Positions 13,523 to 25,159 of a stretch of DNA of 64,000 nucleotides are shown in pieces. This DNA comes from Octopus bimaculoides (Eukaryota): contig NC_068989.1 in assembly GCF_001194135.2 (NCBI RefSeq), positions 67,158,736 through 67,222,735 on the forward strand, in the 5' to 3' direction. The position numbers and the translations under genes were made by a program. The first letter of the stretch is position 1. Every line of letters begins with the position of its first letter. The notes under the pieces are model-generated. The model was not told the origin of the DNA. It did not search any database and saw nothing but the letters and a program-made list of their open reading frames with translations.

Positions 13523-14078
13523 TGTGTGCACATGTATATATATATGTTTGTTTGTGTGTCTGTGTTTGTCCCTGACCACCACTTGACAACTGGTGTTGGT
13601 TTGTTTACATCCTAGTAACTTAACAGTTCAGCAAAAAATACTAATAGAATAAATGTGAAACTTCAAAAAAATAAGTACTAGCATTTTGTTCAGCAAAAAC
13701 CCTTGACTGAGAACAAGTAGAAAATAAGAGATAAGTAAAAATCTATCAAAATTTCATGTTGGTTTATGTTCCAAACACTAGTTTAATAATGATAAAATTA
13801 TTTTACTAAATTCGCCATTATTTTCAAATTTAATACAAAGATAGAGTATTTAAACAGAGATATGGTAAAAAAAAGGACTAAAGTGATCTTCCATAGATTT
13901 CCATGACAAATTTGTGATTTATATTCCAAACACTAGTTTAATAGCAATGTTATTTTTCTAAATACTTCATTATTTTCAAAATCAATGAAAATTAATCAAA
14001 ACAAAAGCAGTGTATTTCAACAGAAATATGGTAACAAAAAGGTTAAAGTGAACTAAATTAAAGCTATCTATCAAAATT

Positions 14079-14332
14079 CCAACATACTGAAAATTTAGAA
14101 ATAGCAGTCAACTACTAATTCTAACTACAATTTTTTCTCCAACGGATGGCGATATTTATGGCACACAGAACAAAACAGAAGAGAAAATAAACGAAAACAA
14201 ACCTGCCGTTAGTTAATCATGTACAACGTTTCGTGATTAGAATATATAATTTTTCGCCATCCGTTGGAGAAAAAATTGTAGTTAGAATTAGTAGTTCTTT
14301 GACTGCTATTTCTAAATTTTCAGTATGTTGGT
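14079..14332. repeat. Long inverted repeat (74/79-bp arms, 101-bp spacer)
   Basis: 14079-14152 is the exact reverse complement of 14254-14332 apart from one 5-nt indel. Confidence 0.95.
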
Positions 14333-16732
14333 GAAGCAACTCATGCTGATCCCTATATGTTTATAATTATAAATGGTTTACCGATAAAGGTTTTTTTGCA
14401 TACTGAACTACTTGACAAAATTGTTAATTATTAATTTTATTAACTAATTGGCAATTCCCTGCCCTATATCTATATCAAAATTCCATGTAGATTTATATTC
14501 CAAATACTAGTTTAATGGCAACAATGTTATTTTTCTAAATTCTTCATTATTTTCAAAATTGGTCAAAACAAAGGCAGTGTATTTCAACAGAAATATGGTA
14601 CCAAAATGGTTAAAACAATAGTTTAGAGATTGTTCTACCTCTTACGTCCTATAAAACTTGTTATTTTTTCATTCCTCTTTCAAATAATTGCTTTCTTAGA
14701 TATTTCAGCAAATAATTTGTTTAGCCTTCATTTTAAAACTTGAACTATGATCTTTGGCTTTTATTCATGGTAATACAAGACTTTCCTAACTTAAATGTAC
14801 TCTTCAGTTTAAATTTGACCTATGAGGAATTGAAAATATATACTCGTAACATTGTTTATTTATCAAATCTGTTTTATTTACATTTAATATAACATTTAAC
14901 CCTCTATCTGTATTCCTCTGTTATACTCTAACCTCTCAACTGGCACAAAGTTTTCTCCCTCTCCCAGCTGAGAGATCTTTGTTTTGCAAATTACTTGGCA
15001 GCCCCACAGGTGCAGGTGCCACATAAAAGGTACCAGTGCTGGTGCCACATAGAAAAGTACTCAGTAGACTCTGTAAAGTGGTTGGCATTAGGAAGAGCAT
15101 CCAGCTGAAGAAACCATGCCAAACCAGATAATAAAGCCTGGTGCAGCTCTCTGGCTTGCTAGCTCCTATAAAACCATTTAACCTATGCCAGCATGGAAGA
15201 TGGAGATTAAATGATGATGATGATTATGATAAAGATTTAGTCTCTGTAAAATGAAATAATTGATCTATGACTGATAGTGCCATTCTCAAATTGATATCAA
15301 ATTGAATGAGTTCAGTGATCATGATAGCCTCTCAATTAGAAAATAATGTTGGGTGGCCACTATTCCTATACTTGGAGTCTCCTCTCAATACAATACCAGG
15401 CCATTGTAAGGTTAAACCCCTAATCTCTTCTTCTGTGGCACATGATACAATGCTCCATCTAGCAGTAGGAATTGAACCTGTGACTTTATGATTGTGAGCC
15501 CAAAATTCCTAACCACTGAACTACAACATACTCTAACCACTACACATTGGAACTTCAAAGTACAGTACGAGTCTAATTATTCATACTATAATGAACATAG
15601 ACTGAACTGAGTCAATATATGCTATCAAATGTTTGACATTTGATAGCATATATTAAATTCCATGAAGAACATGTAAAGTATTTTTTTTATGGTAAAAATC
15701 TGTGCTGATTTGAATTTGTATGTTGTGTAAAATCACTTTACATGTTCAAGGAATTTAATATACACTATCAAATGTCAAGAATGTAATGGGCTTCTTTCAG
15801 TTTCTTTCTCCCAAATTCACACACAAGGCTTTGGTTGACATGGGACTTTAGTAGGAGACACTTGCCCAAGGTGAAACACAATAGGATTGAACCTGAAACC
15901 ATATGGTTTGGACACAAACTTCTTACCATTTCCCACAGTCAAAGCTAGACTGAGGATTTACCTCATCTTATTTCAACTCTAGAGGGATTTCTATCATTTG
16001 AAAATTATTTATGCAGTATAAAAGCTCGAAATCTTTTTTCTTTTTTTTTTTTTATCTCAATATTTCATTAGAAAAGAAAATATGCTCACCCACATACACA
16101 ATTATCATCATCATCATCATTGTCAATATTTTTATGCCCATTTTTCAATGATGGCATGGGTTTGTCAAAACATATTGAGGCACATGTTCTACAGCTGGAT
16201 GCTTTTACTGTCACCTAGTACCACTTGTTTTTTCATTTAAGATATGTTTCATTCTACTGGTGGACACATTACCACGGAACTAAGGAATGTTTGTTCACTG
16301 GAGATTGCGAACAATGTATGTGTGTACATTTTGGTATATATGTATATTACTGAGAACAAATATCTACTTGCATACTATATTGCTTATATATGTCACTTAA
16401 TTTCTTCTCTTGAATGTGTGTTACAAGTTGGTATAAAAAGAATGAATATTTAAGATTCCAAATCTATATTTCTGGGGTGAAAATGTCTTAGAGAGGGATA
16501 GCCTCTGACAAGAGTTTTCCTATAGTCAGGCTATGGTATACTAATTACATGTGGATGTTAATAATACAAGTTCTAATTAAAGTCCTGCTCTGTCCTCTTT
16601 CTCTTTACATATATATATGAATATATGCCTCTGTGTGTGTGTGTGTATAAATATGTACATAAATATGTGGTGTATATATACATAGATATGAATACATACA
16701 CACATATATATATGTATACATGTGTGTGTGTG

Positions 16733-16783
<51 letters not shown>

Positions 16784-16849
16784 ATAGAAGAGACATACAT
16801 ACATACATAGACAGACAAACAGACAGTCATACAGACAGGCAGACATAAA

Positions 16850-18680
16850 GACATGGACAACAATTCTTACCCTTACAACTGAGAACAGAATAATTGTTTC
16901 TGATAGTATAGGCATTTCAAAGGGAATATTCTAAGGAGATAGTCTTTCTGTACTTCTTTTCATTTTGGCACTGAATCCATTATTGTTCCTACTGCAGAAA
17001 ACAAATGGTTACATGCTAGGATCTTCAACTGCTAAAAATAACAATGTAACTCATCATTTCTTTGTAGACAACCTGAAGATTTATGTTAAAAGAGTTAACA
17101 ATACCAAAAAACAACTGGAATTAATAACAACATTTTCAGCTGATATTGGCGTTAGGAAGGGCATCCAGCTGTAGAAACTCTGCCAAATCAGATTGGAGCC
17201 TGGTGTAGCCATCTGGTTTCACCAGTCCTCAGTCAAATCGTCCAACCCATGCTAGCATGGAAAGTGGACGTTAAACGATGATGATGATGATGATGATGAT
17301 AGGCATGTAATTTGGCCAAAAGAAATGTTCATATTTGGTTATAGAATGAGGAAAGTCAGTCCCCCAAACCCAAAAGCCATGCAACAACAGTCTCTCTGTC
17401 TCCCCCATTCCACACAAAGAATGTTACAAGTACCTAAGTACAGACGAAAATGTATCATATGAAGGCACTGTGAATAAAGATAGAGTGACCCTAGAATATT
17501 ACACCAGACTTCGGAAAATACGAGAGCCGGAACTCTCCTCTTACAAAACAATATCCCACAATGCATTTGCAGTATTAGTGCTGATCTCAACATTTGGGAT
17601 ACTTGATTGGACTGTAGAGGAAATCCACTCCATAGATATCAAAACCCACAAAATCCTGACAACTGGGAACATCCTCAGAAACAGTAAAATTTCTAAGAAG
17701 AAATGAAGGTGGTAGAGGCCCGAGATCAGTGCAGACAGCCTTTGATTGCCATATGATATCACTCAAGCAGCACCTGCTAAACAACAGCAGCAAAAATAAA
17801 TATAATAACGCAGTGCCGAAAAGTGAAGTGAGCAACATTGTACAAGTTGGCAGTGAACTCCTCAAGAAACACTCTCTTCCTGATGATCTCCTATACAGCC
17901 CCAAAACAGCTGGTTTCTCTTACCTCAGAGAAGACCTGGATGGAAAGCACTCAGCATGCAAAAAAAAGATCATGCATGGGTGTGTTGCTCGGAAACTTGA
18001 AGAAGACAGTAGAATTGACATGAAGCACAGCCTCTCTTGAACACAAGATCACTACACCATATCACACTTTGAAAGCTATGTGTTTGCAATCTAGGAACAG
18101 AAGATTGCTACAAAGTACCAGGTGAACAAGAGAGACAGAGACGCTCTTGTAATCCCAAGGTGCAACCACATGTGTAGGCTATGTCATGTTTCTGTGGAAA
18201 ACATTACACAAGTGATTAGCAGCTGTCCCAAAATGTTGTCACAGTACTACCTCCCTATGTGGCATGATGTTGCTAAAACAAATTAACAATACTATTCGCA
18301 AAAAAGACTATCCTGAAATAAACTTAGAAAATCCTTCTGTTATGGAATATATTCATAAACATCAACTCAAGGAATACTGGTGGAATATTCCCATCAAAAC
18401 TTCTGTCAAATGTAAGCGTAACAGGCCGGATATTGTTGTTTGGGATAGAGGGGCAAAAGTATGTATCATCATAGAGGTCAGCTGCTCTACAGATATAAAT
18501 ATCTCTTTGAAAATCAAAGAAAAAGAGGATATCTATAGACAACTGCTTCGAAATCTCCAGCTTGTATATCCAGACTATGAATACATATTCATACCAATTA
18601 TAATTGGAGCGCTGGGTTTTGTTAGTAAATACTTAAAGGAGAACCTGGATAAACTGGCATTTTCAGGAAGAGAAAATTGA
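16850..18680 (+). mobile_element. 5'-truncated R4/Dong-clade non-LTR retrotransposon (RT, CCHC, restriction-like endonuclease), pseudogenised
   Basis: GIF*GDSLSVLLFILALNPL and THHFFVDNLKIY (RT); CRLCHVSVENITQVISSCP (CCHC); RNRPDIVVWD...IIIEVSC...KEKEDIY (PD-(D/E)xK RLE). Multiple stops and frameshifts. Confidence 0.85.
17147..17300 (+). mobile_element. 5'-truncated family C copy nested in the R4 RT
   Basis: Splits the RT reading ...ADIG|M*FGQKKC; ends in (GAT)n. Confidence 0.9.
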
Positions 18681-19095
18681 CTGGCTGATTTGTACTTCTG
18701 ACACTTTCCTGAGGTATAGCAAGGAGCCGAATCCAAATGTAACACATCTTGCTTTCCAGCAGCAACCATCTATAACCAGGGTTTGACCACAGTCTTCAGC
18801 AGTTTCACACAGTTGTCTGAATTGAGCCTAAGGCCCAGTTGTGAGGTGGCATGACATCACCCTCACTGAAGACACTCAAAAACCATCACATTCTTGGGGA
18901 ACTTGGTTTCCATGATGTCCATGTCATATCTTACAGTCTTTACAATGTTCACAGGGCAATGAGCAGCAGTCATGATGTTGGCATTCTAATACCTGGTACC
19001 TCTCTTTTCCAGTATTCAGATGGCTTCCAGTCCTCCAGATCAGTTAACTTTTTCTCAGCTACATCTTTATTCTCTCCAACACCATTAACTGTTTA
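18672..19095 (-). mobile_element. Tc1/mariner (maT-like) transposase fragment truncating the R4 element
   Basis: Minus-strand frames give METKFPKNVMVF, SEGDVMPPH, VVKPW.MVAAG and DSAPCYTSGKCQK, typical of the DD(x)D catalytic region of maT/Bmmar1-like elements. Confidence 0.65.
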
Positions 19096-19667
19096 CTTAT
19101 ATATATATATACTAACGATGAGCAAGTTAGGCAAGTCATTTTACACTGAATATTAAATAACATTTAATACAAAAAAAGTACGTATGTATGCATATAAAAC
19201 AGTCCAATATACACAGAATATTAACTCTAACCCTAAAATCTATTTTCTCCTCCCACTACTCTCTATCTAAACACTTCCTAATACACTTAGTTCTCCACAA
19301 AATCATTCGATCTTTAAACTCCATCCTGTCAACACCTCAAATGTAAAATTCTTCCCTGAAGATAGAGGTAGTGTTATCCAATAATAGAACCAGGTAACTA
19401 TCATTATTCCAGACCACCAAGCCCCCAAAAACAGCTGCTAAACTCATAAAACCCAACCCATTTAACTCTTGGTATCATTCATATTCCGTGTAAGTCAGAC
19501 TATTTTATATGTATACATATGTACATTTTTTGTATCAAATGTATTTAATATTCTGTGTAAATCAACTTGCCTTATTTGCTTGTCCTTAAATTTACTCCTC
19601 TACCTGCTCAAGCTCAAATCTCTTGAGCACTACGAAGTGTATTCTATAAAGACAATACCTGTCTCTA

Positions 19668-19715
<48 letters not shown>

Positions 19716-19907
19716 GTATACATACAGTTGTGGCTGTATGGTTAAGAACTTCACTTCTCTACCCCATGATTTCTGGTTCTATCCTACTGTGTGGCACCTT
19801 GAGCAAGTATCTTTCACTAGACCCCTGAGTTGACCAAACTCTTGTGAGTTTGGTAGACAGAAACTGAAAAATAAAGTCATTTACATATATCTATATATAA
19901 TACATAC

Positions 19908-19954
<47 letters not shown>

Positions 19955-19980
19955 CACACACATCTACACTCATATGTGTA

Positions 19981-21757
19981 TAGTGGTTGGACAAATAATG
20001 GAAACACCACTTATTATTTAACTATTTTTCTGTTGACAATATAAGAAATTGAAAACTGTTCAAGTTTGTACATATGTATTCATTATATTTCATGATATAG
20101 CCTTGCCTTCATGGTTTGCAAATATTTATATTTAGATAAGTTAAAATGCACGACCTATCTAATTTCCAGAGAGGAAAAATTGTTGGAGCATGGATGGTTG
20201 GAGCTTCAGTCATTAAAATTGCTGAACTGTTTAATGTTCTGAGAGGTACAGTCTCTAAAATCATGTTGGTATTTCAAAACCAAGGTAAAACTAGCTCTAG
20301 TGAGCATAATTCTGGCAAAGCTCTGAGAGAGACCACGGAATAATAAAACCATCAAACTATGACAGCAGAGCTATACCAGAACCTTGGCAACTTCATGTCA
20401 GCTAAAGCTGTTTGTTGTGAGCTCCATAAAGCTGAATATCATGGGTGGGTTGCAACTGCTAAACTTCTTTTGTCCCCCATCAACATTGATAATTAAAAAC
20501 AAACGGTGTCTAGACTACCAGAAGTGGTCAATGTCTCGATGGAACTATGTCATTAGTGCTGATGTATCCTCATTCACTATTTTTCCCACTTTATGGCAAG
20601 TTTATGAGTGAAGACAGTCTAAAGAAGCCTTCAATCTAGACTTTTTAGCCTCTACCATGAAGTATGAAAGTGGATCTGTGATGATTTGGGCAGCCATTCC
20701 ACAGAATTCTCTTGGCCCTTTAATTATTCTACATGGCAGAGTTAACGCCAAGGATTGTCTGAGTATTTTGACTGATTATGTCCATTGTATTGTGATGGTG
20801 CATGGCTTAGTGGTTAGGGTAATCAGCTCACGATCATAAGGTTGTGAATTCAATTCCTGGTGGTGCATTGTATCCTTGAACAAGACACTTTATTTCACAT
20901 CACTCCAGTCCACTCAGCTGGCAAAAATGAGTTGTACCTGTAATTCAAAAGGCTGACCATGTCACATTCTGTGTCATGCTCAAATCTCCCTAAGAACTAC
21001 GTTAAGGGTACACATGTCTGTGGAGTATTCAGTCATTTGTATGCTTATTTCATGAGCAGGCTGTTCTGTTGATCAGATCAACTAGAACCCTATCATTGTA
21101 ACCAACAGAGTGCCAGTTTTATTTTGTTCATTGTATGGACCAACTGTCATAACCGACAGAGGGACAGTTTTTTGTTTGTTTTGGTTTGTTCATTGTACAG
21201 TACAAACACTGTCTTTTCCTGAAAGTCATGCTGAATCTTCCTGAGAACTATGTTAAGGGCATATGTGTCTGTGGAATACTCAGCTACTTGCATGTTAATT
21301 TCACGAACAGGCTGTTCCGTTGATTGGATCAACTGGAACCCTTATCATTGTAACTGAAAAAGTGCCAATTTATTTTGTTCATTGTTTTTTTCTGATGGTA
21401 CTGCAATCTATCAGGACAATAATGCACCAATTCACAAGGCTAATGTCATTCAAAATCGGTACAAAGAGCACAAAAGTGAATTAAACTACTTGGATTGGTC
21501 CCCATGATCAATAGAATCTAATATTTATGGTGCATTTTGGAGCAGCAAGCAAGGAACTACTTCCCTCTGCCATCATCACTGAAAGAGCTAATACTGGTTT
21601 TACTTGAAGAATGGCTAAAAATTCCTCTAAGAACCATTCAGAACCTGGTCAACTGCTCAATACATTAAAGCTATAATTGATGTCAAATATAGATCAACTT
21701 TGTATTAAATAAAACTTCCATTCAACAAAGTGTTTCTATTATTTTGTCCAGCACCTG
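19981..21757 (+). mobile_element. Full-span degenerate Tc1-family transposon interrupted by SINE insertions
   Basis: TIRs TAGTGGTTGGACAAATAATGGAAACAC and GTGTTTCTATTATTTTGTCCAGCACCTG, with a 5' TA. Fragments: MHDLSNFQRGKIVGA (HTH), GSVMIWAAI, LHGRVNAKD, YQDNNAPIH, EEWLKIP. Same family as 1970-2954. Confidence 0.88.
20792..21384 (+). mobile_element. SINE family D copy plus repeated 3' tails inside the Tc1 element
   Basis: Head to tail at 20792-21120, a short tail fragment near 21147-21195, and a second ~150-bp tail at 21223-21372; each is followed by TTTGTTCATTG. Confidence 0.8.
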
Positions 21758-21771
21758 CACGTGTATGTATA

Positions 21772-22004
21772 CAGGGTTGGCCAAAAGTCACTCGACAGTA
21801 AATCAAAATTCCATAAATACTACCTGTAATTCTGTATTGATTCAAATAGAAAAATGTGTTGCCCAAGAAGGACTTCAGTTTGAACAATTTTCGTGATGTT
21901 TCATATTTAGATGCTTTTATTAAATTCATTCAGTTGTTAAACATAAAGAAATCTTGGAATTAAATGGTTTTGATTTACTGTCAGGTGACTTTTGGCCAGC
22001 CCTG
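21772..22004. mobile_element. Tc1/mariner-type MITE (233 bp)
   Basis: TIRs CAGGGTTGGCCAAAAGTCAC and GTGACTTTTGGCCAGCCCTG (1 mismatch), TA on both sides, non-coding AT-rich interior. Confidence 0.88.
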
Positions 22005-22574
22005 TATATTAATGTGTGTGTGTGTGTGTGTTTACATCTGTGTTCACTTGTACAAGAGTTGTTGCAATGCTTGAGCAATGTTGCTTGTTGGCACTTTCCC
22101 TGCCAATAAATCATCTGCTTGCTCAGTACTTTCAAAGCTGTTGTGTGGAATAAGAGATCCACAACTTGAAAAACAGGTAAGGGTTAGCATCAAGAAGGAT
22201 ATGTGACTGTAAACCAATGCCTTGGAAACATAATCATCTAACCCATGCCAGCATGGAAAAACTGACATAAAATTGAACAAATGAACAAATATATGTGTAA
22301 TTTGTATGTATAGTGTGTGTGCCTCTGTGTGTTTCGCATGGAACTTGTTTAAGTAAAATGGGAACATTATGTTGACAGCCCCAGCAATTCTGGGTTTTTA
22401 AAGGCAAATGGAATAGAAAATCCCTTAATTAAAAATAAAGGTTTAATGACGGGAAGTGCATCTATTTGTAAAATAATCCATAATAATAAGTATTTGCTCA
22501 ACCCATACTAGCATGGAAAACATGTAAAATGATCAAATGAAGAAACAACAATAAACAATAAGCTAAATGAATGA

Positions 22575-22580
22575 TTTATT
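22575..22580 (-). promoter_or_regulatory. Candidate annexin polyadenylation signal
   Basis: AATAAA on - about 285 nt after the stop. Another AATAAA abuts the stop codon (22859-22864). Confidence 0.35.
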
Positions 22581-22864
22581 GAAATATTTCTATAAATTTG
22601 AAGTAATGGTTCAATTAATATTCAGTAAATGCAATAGAATCTTCAAAAAGATAGGAAATTTTAAAGTAAAGTTACTTAATAATGATAATGAGATGGAAAT
22701 ATAACGAGAGAGAGAGAGAGATAAAATATTTCAATATGTCAGCAGTGATAATTCGAAATTTGGAACAGCTGTTAGCAAAGAGATATTGACTATCAGTGGT
22801 TATATGAAATCATCTACATTTTGATAGATTTAGGTAGATGTAGATATAAAAGGGTGAATTTATT

Positions 22865-22993
22865 TTACTTTGGTTCACCAATAAGAGACAAGAGAACTTT
22901 CTTGTAATCACCACTGCAGTCACCTTTGATGAAGCTGCCTAAAGTTTTACCTAAAACTTCATTGAACTTTTCCTTAATCTGGACCATGTCAAT
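22865..22993 (-). CDS. ANXA7: Annexin terminal coding exon
   Basis: tttcag|ATT GAC ATG...CCA AAG TAA = IDMVQIKEKFNEVLGKTLGSFIKGDCSGDYKKVLLSLIGEPK*. 129 nt. IDMVQIK resembles ANXA7 IDLVQIK. The annexin family call is secure; orthology to ANXA7 is less so (about 0.65). Confidence 0.95.
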   Translation of the reverse strand: MDMVQIKEKFNEVLGKTLGSFIKGDCSGDYKKVLLSLIGEPK

Positions 22994-24042
22994 CTGAAAT
23001 AAAGAGATGAAAATTAAATATGTAGTAAAAAAAAAAAAATAACAGACATGTATACTAAGGTATCTTAAACGACAAATATATTAAGTACATTAACAGCATG
23101 TATTTCTTTTACTTGTTTCAGTCATTCGACTGCAGTCATGCTGGAGCATTGCCTAAAAGGGTTCTTTAGCCAAAGAAATAGACCTCAGGACTTATTCTTT
23201 GTAAGCCTAGTCTTATTCTATAGGTCTCTTTTGGAGTGTAAAGTGTAGATATTTATGTTTCTCAAACTTTGAACCTAAGTACAACTATGTTAGGGATGAT
23301 TACAAGTTTGAGAAATTTAGCACCACATTATGCTTGTGGCCATCTTGTTTGTAATAATTGCTTGTTAAAATAGATAGTCCTACAACATGGCACTTTGAGC
23401 AAAATGTCTTCTACTATAGCCTAAGGCCGAGCAAAGACTTGTGACTGGATTTGGTTGACTGTAAGAAGATTGTTGTGTGTGTGTGTGTGTTTCTTTATCC
23501 GCCACTACTGCTTGTGTCTGTGTTTGACAACCAGTGTTGGTGTTTTTATGTCCCTGTAACTTAGTGGTTTGGCAAAAGAAACTGATAGAATAAGTACCAA
23601 GCTTCAAAAAAAAAAACAAAAAAAATTCTGGGGTCAAAAGTTCAACTAAAATTCTTCAAGGCAGTACCCCAGCATGGTTACAGTCTGAAATAAGTAGACT
23701 GAAAGAAGTAAAAGATAATAGATGAAGCCTAAGAAGTGGAGAATTAAGAACTTGAGATGTTCTTTGCTTTTTACCACATTTATTAGCAATATAAATGAAG
23801 TGAAATAAAATGGTCACTGAAACCACCAATCACAAGGTTTCATTTATAAATAACTTATTGACTGATTTGTCCCTTAAACTTCATAGCTCATTCAGGTCTC
23901 TCTCATACAGACTTTGTAGCAAAACATTTTTAAATCAATAGAAGCCATTCAAATTAATACTAAATTGTGTTCTTCTAATAATCAGTCATTTTCCATGAAG
24001 ATTGCTATTTCAAATGGCAAGTGACCAAAGAATACATATTAA

Positions 24043-24433
24043 CCCTTTTGATATCAACCAGCCTGGAACCTCCATTGGTTCTATGATACAAACTTACTGT
24101 TTTTAAAGTGATCTAAATTTAAAACTTCCATCAAAACTTCATGTTTAATTTCCAAAGTCAGCTTAATAATGATAAAGTTATTTTACAAAATTATGTATTA
24201 TTTTCAAAATTAATTGAAACAAAGACATTATATTTCTACAGATATATCATAATAAAAGGGTTAAAGTGAACTGAATTAAAACCATCCATCAACGTTTCAT
24301 GTTAATTTATGATTGAAACATCAGTTTAATAATGATAATGTTATTTTAGTAAATTCTTCATTATTTTCAAAATTAATTGAAACAAAGACAAAATTGATTG
24401 AAACAACAGAAATATGAAAACAAAAGGATTAAA
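24043..24433. mobile_element. TTAA-flanked (piggyBac-type) MITE family 1 plus a tandem extra 3' module
   Basis: TTAA|CCCTTTTG...AAAAGGG|TTAA at 24043-24260, then a second copy of its 3' ~165 bp. Related copies at 13740-14620 and 29040-29980. Confidence 0.7.
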
Positions 24434-24585
24434 TGAATAAATATCAAAATCTACTATAAAAAGCCACAGTAAAAATATTGTATGAAATACTGAAATAATA
24501 TTACAATTGAAGTTCTATTTTCACATTCTAGGCTTCAGATATGACAATTTTTAAAAAGCTAAAACAGGTAAAAAAAATAAACAGG

Positions 24586-24860
24586 CATGGCTGTGTGGTA
24601 AGAAGCTTGCTTACCAACCACATGGTACCGGGTTCAGACCCACTGCATGGCACCTTGGGCAAGTGTCTTCTACTATAGCCTCAGGCTGACCAAAGCCTTG
24701 TGAGTGGATTTGGTAGACAGAAAAAAGTTCAGCAAAGGAGACTGATAGAATAAGTACCAGGCTTACAAAGAATAAGTCCTGGGGTTGATTAGTTTGACTA
24801 AAGGCAGTGATCCAGCATGGCCACAATCAAATGAATGAAACAAGTAAAAGAATAAAAGAA
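24586..24860 (+). mobile_element. SINE family A copy lacking the central microsatellite, ending about 28 nt from an annexin 5' splice site
   Basis: The head region joins directly to the 3' region at ...GGTAGACAG|AAAAAAGTTCAGCAAAGG. Confidence 0.8.
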
Positions 24861-24887
24861 ACGGAATTTAACAAAACATTTACTAAC

Positions 24888-25000
24888 CTCTGAACGACTG
24901 ACAATGATACGGATCAAAGTGGAATCATTAGTGCCAGCACCTTTCATGGAGTAATACAGACTTTCAGAAAAGTAAGTGTGCATCTCTCTGATGCTTTTCA
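24888..25000 (-). CDS. ANXA7: Annexin exon (repeat IV)
   Basis: ttttag|TG AAA AGC...TCA GAG|gttagt = (V)KSIREMHTYFSESLYYSMKGAGTNDSTLIRIIVSRSE. 113 nt. Confidence 0.95.
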
Positions 25001-25159
25001 CTAAAATGGAAAACAAGAAATAGTATTCAATACATTAATTACTCCGGATTCTATGACAGAATTTTGTTTTGACAAAGTTATGGTAAATTTTTGCATGGTT
25101 AATGTACATTTGGTTGGACTGATACCACTACATTACAACAGATATTTCTAAATCATCTT

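Noticed and set aside
19345-19400. CTGAAGA...GAAC as a Penelope-type hammerhead ribozyme
   Set aside because: No GAAA core and no convincing stems II/III.
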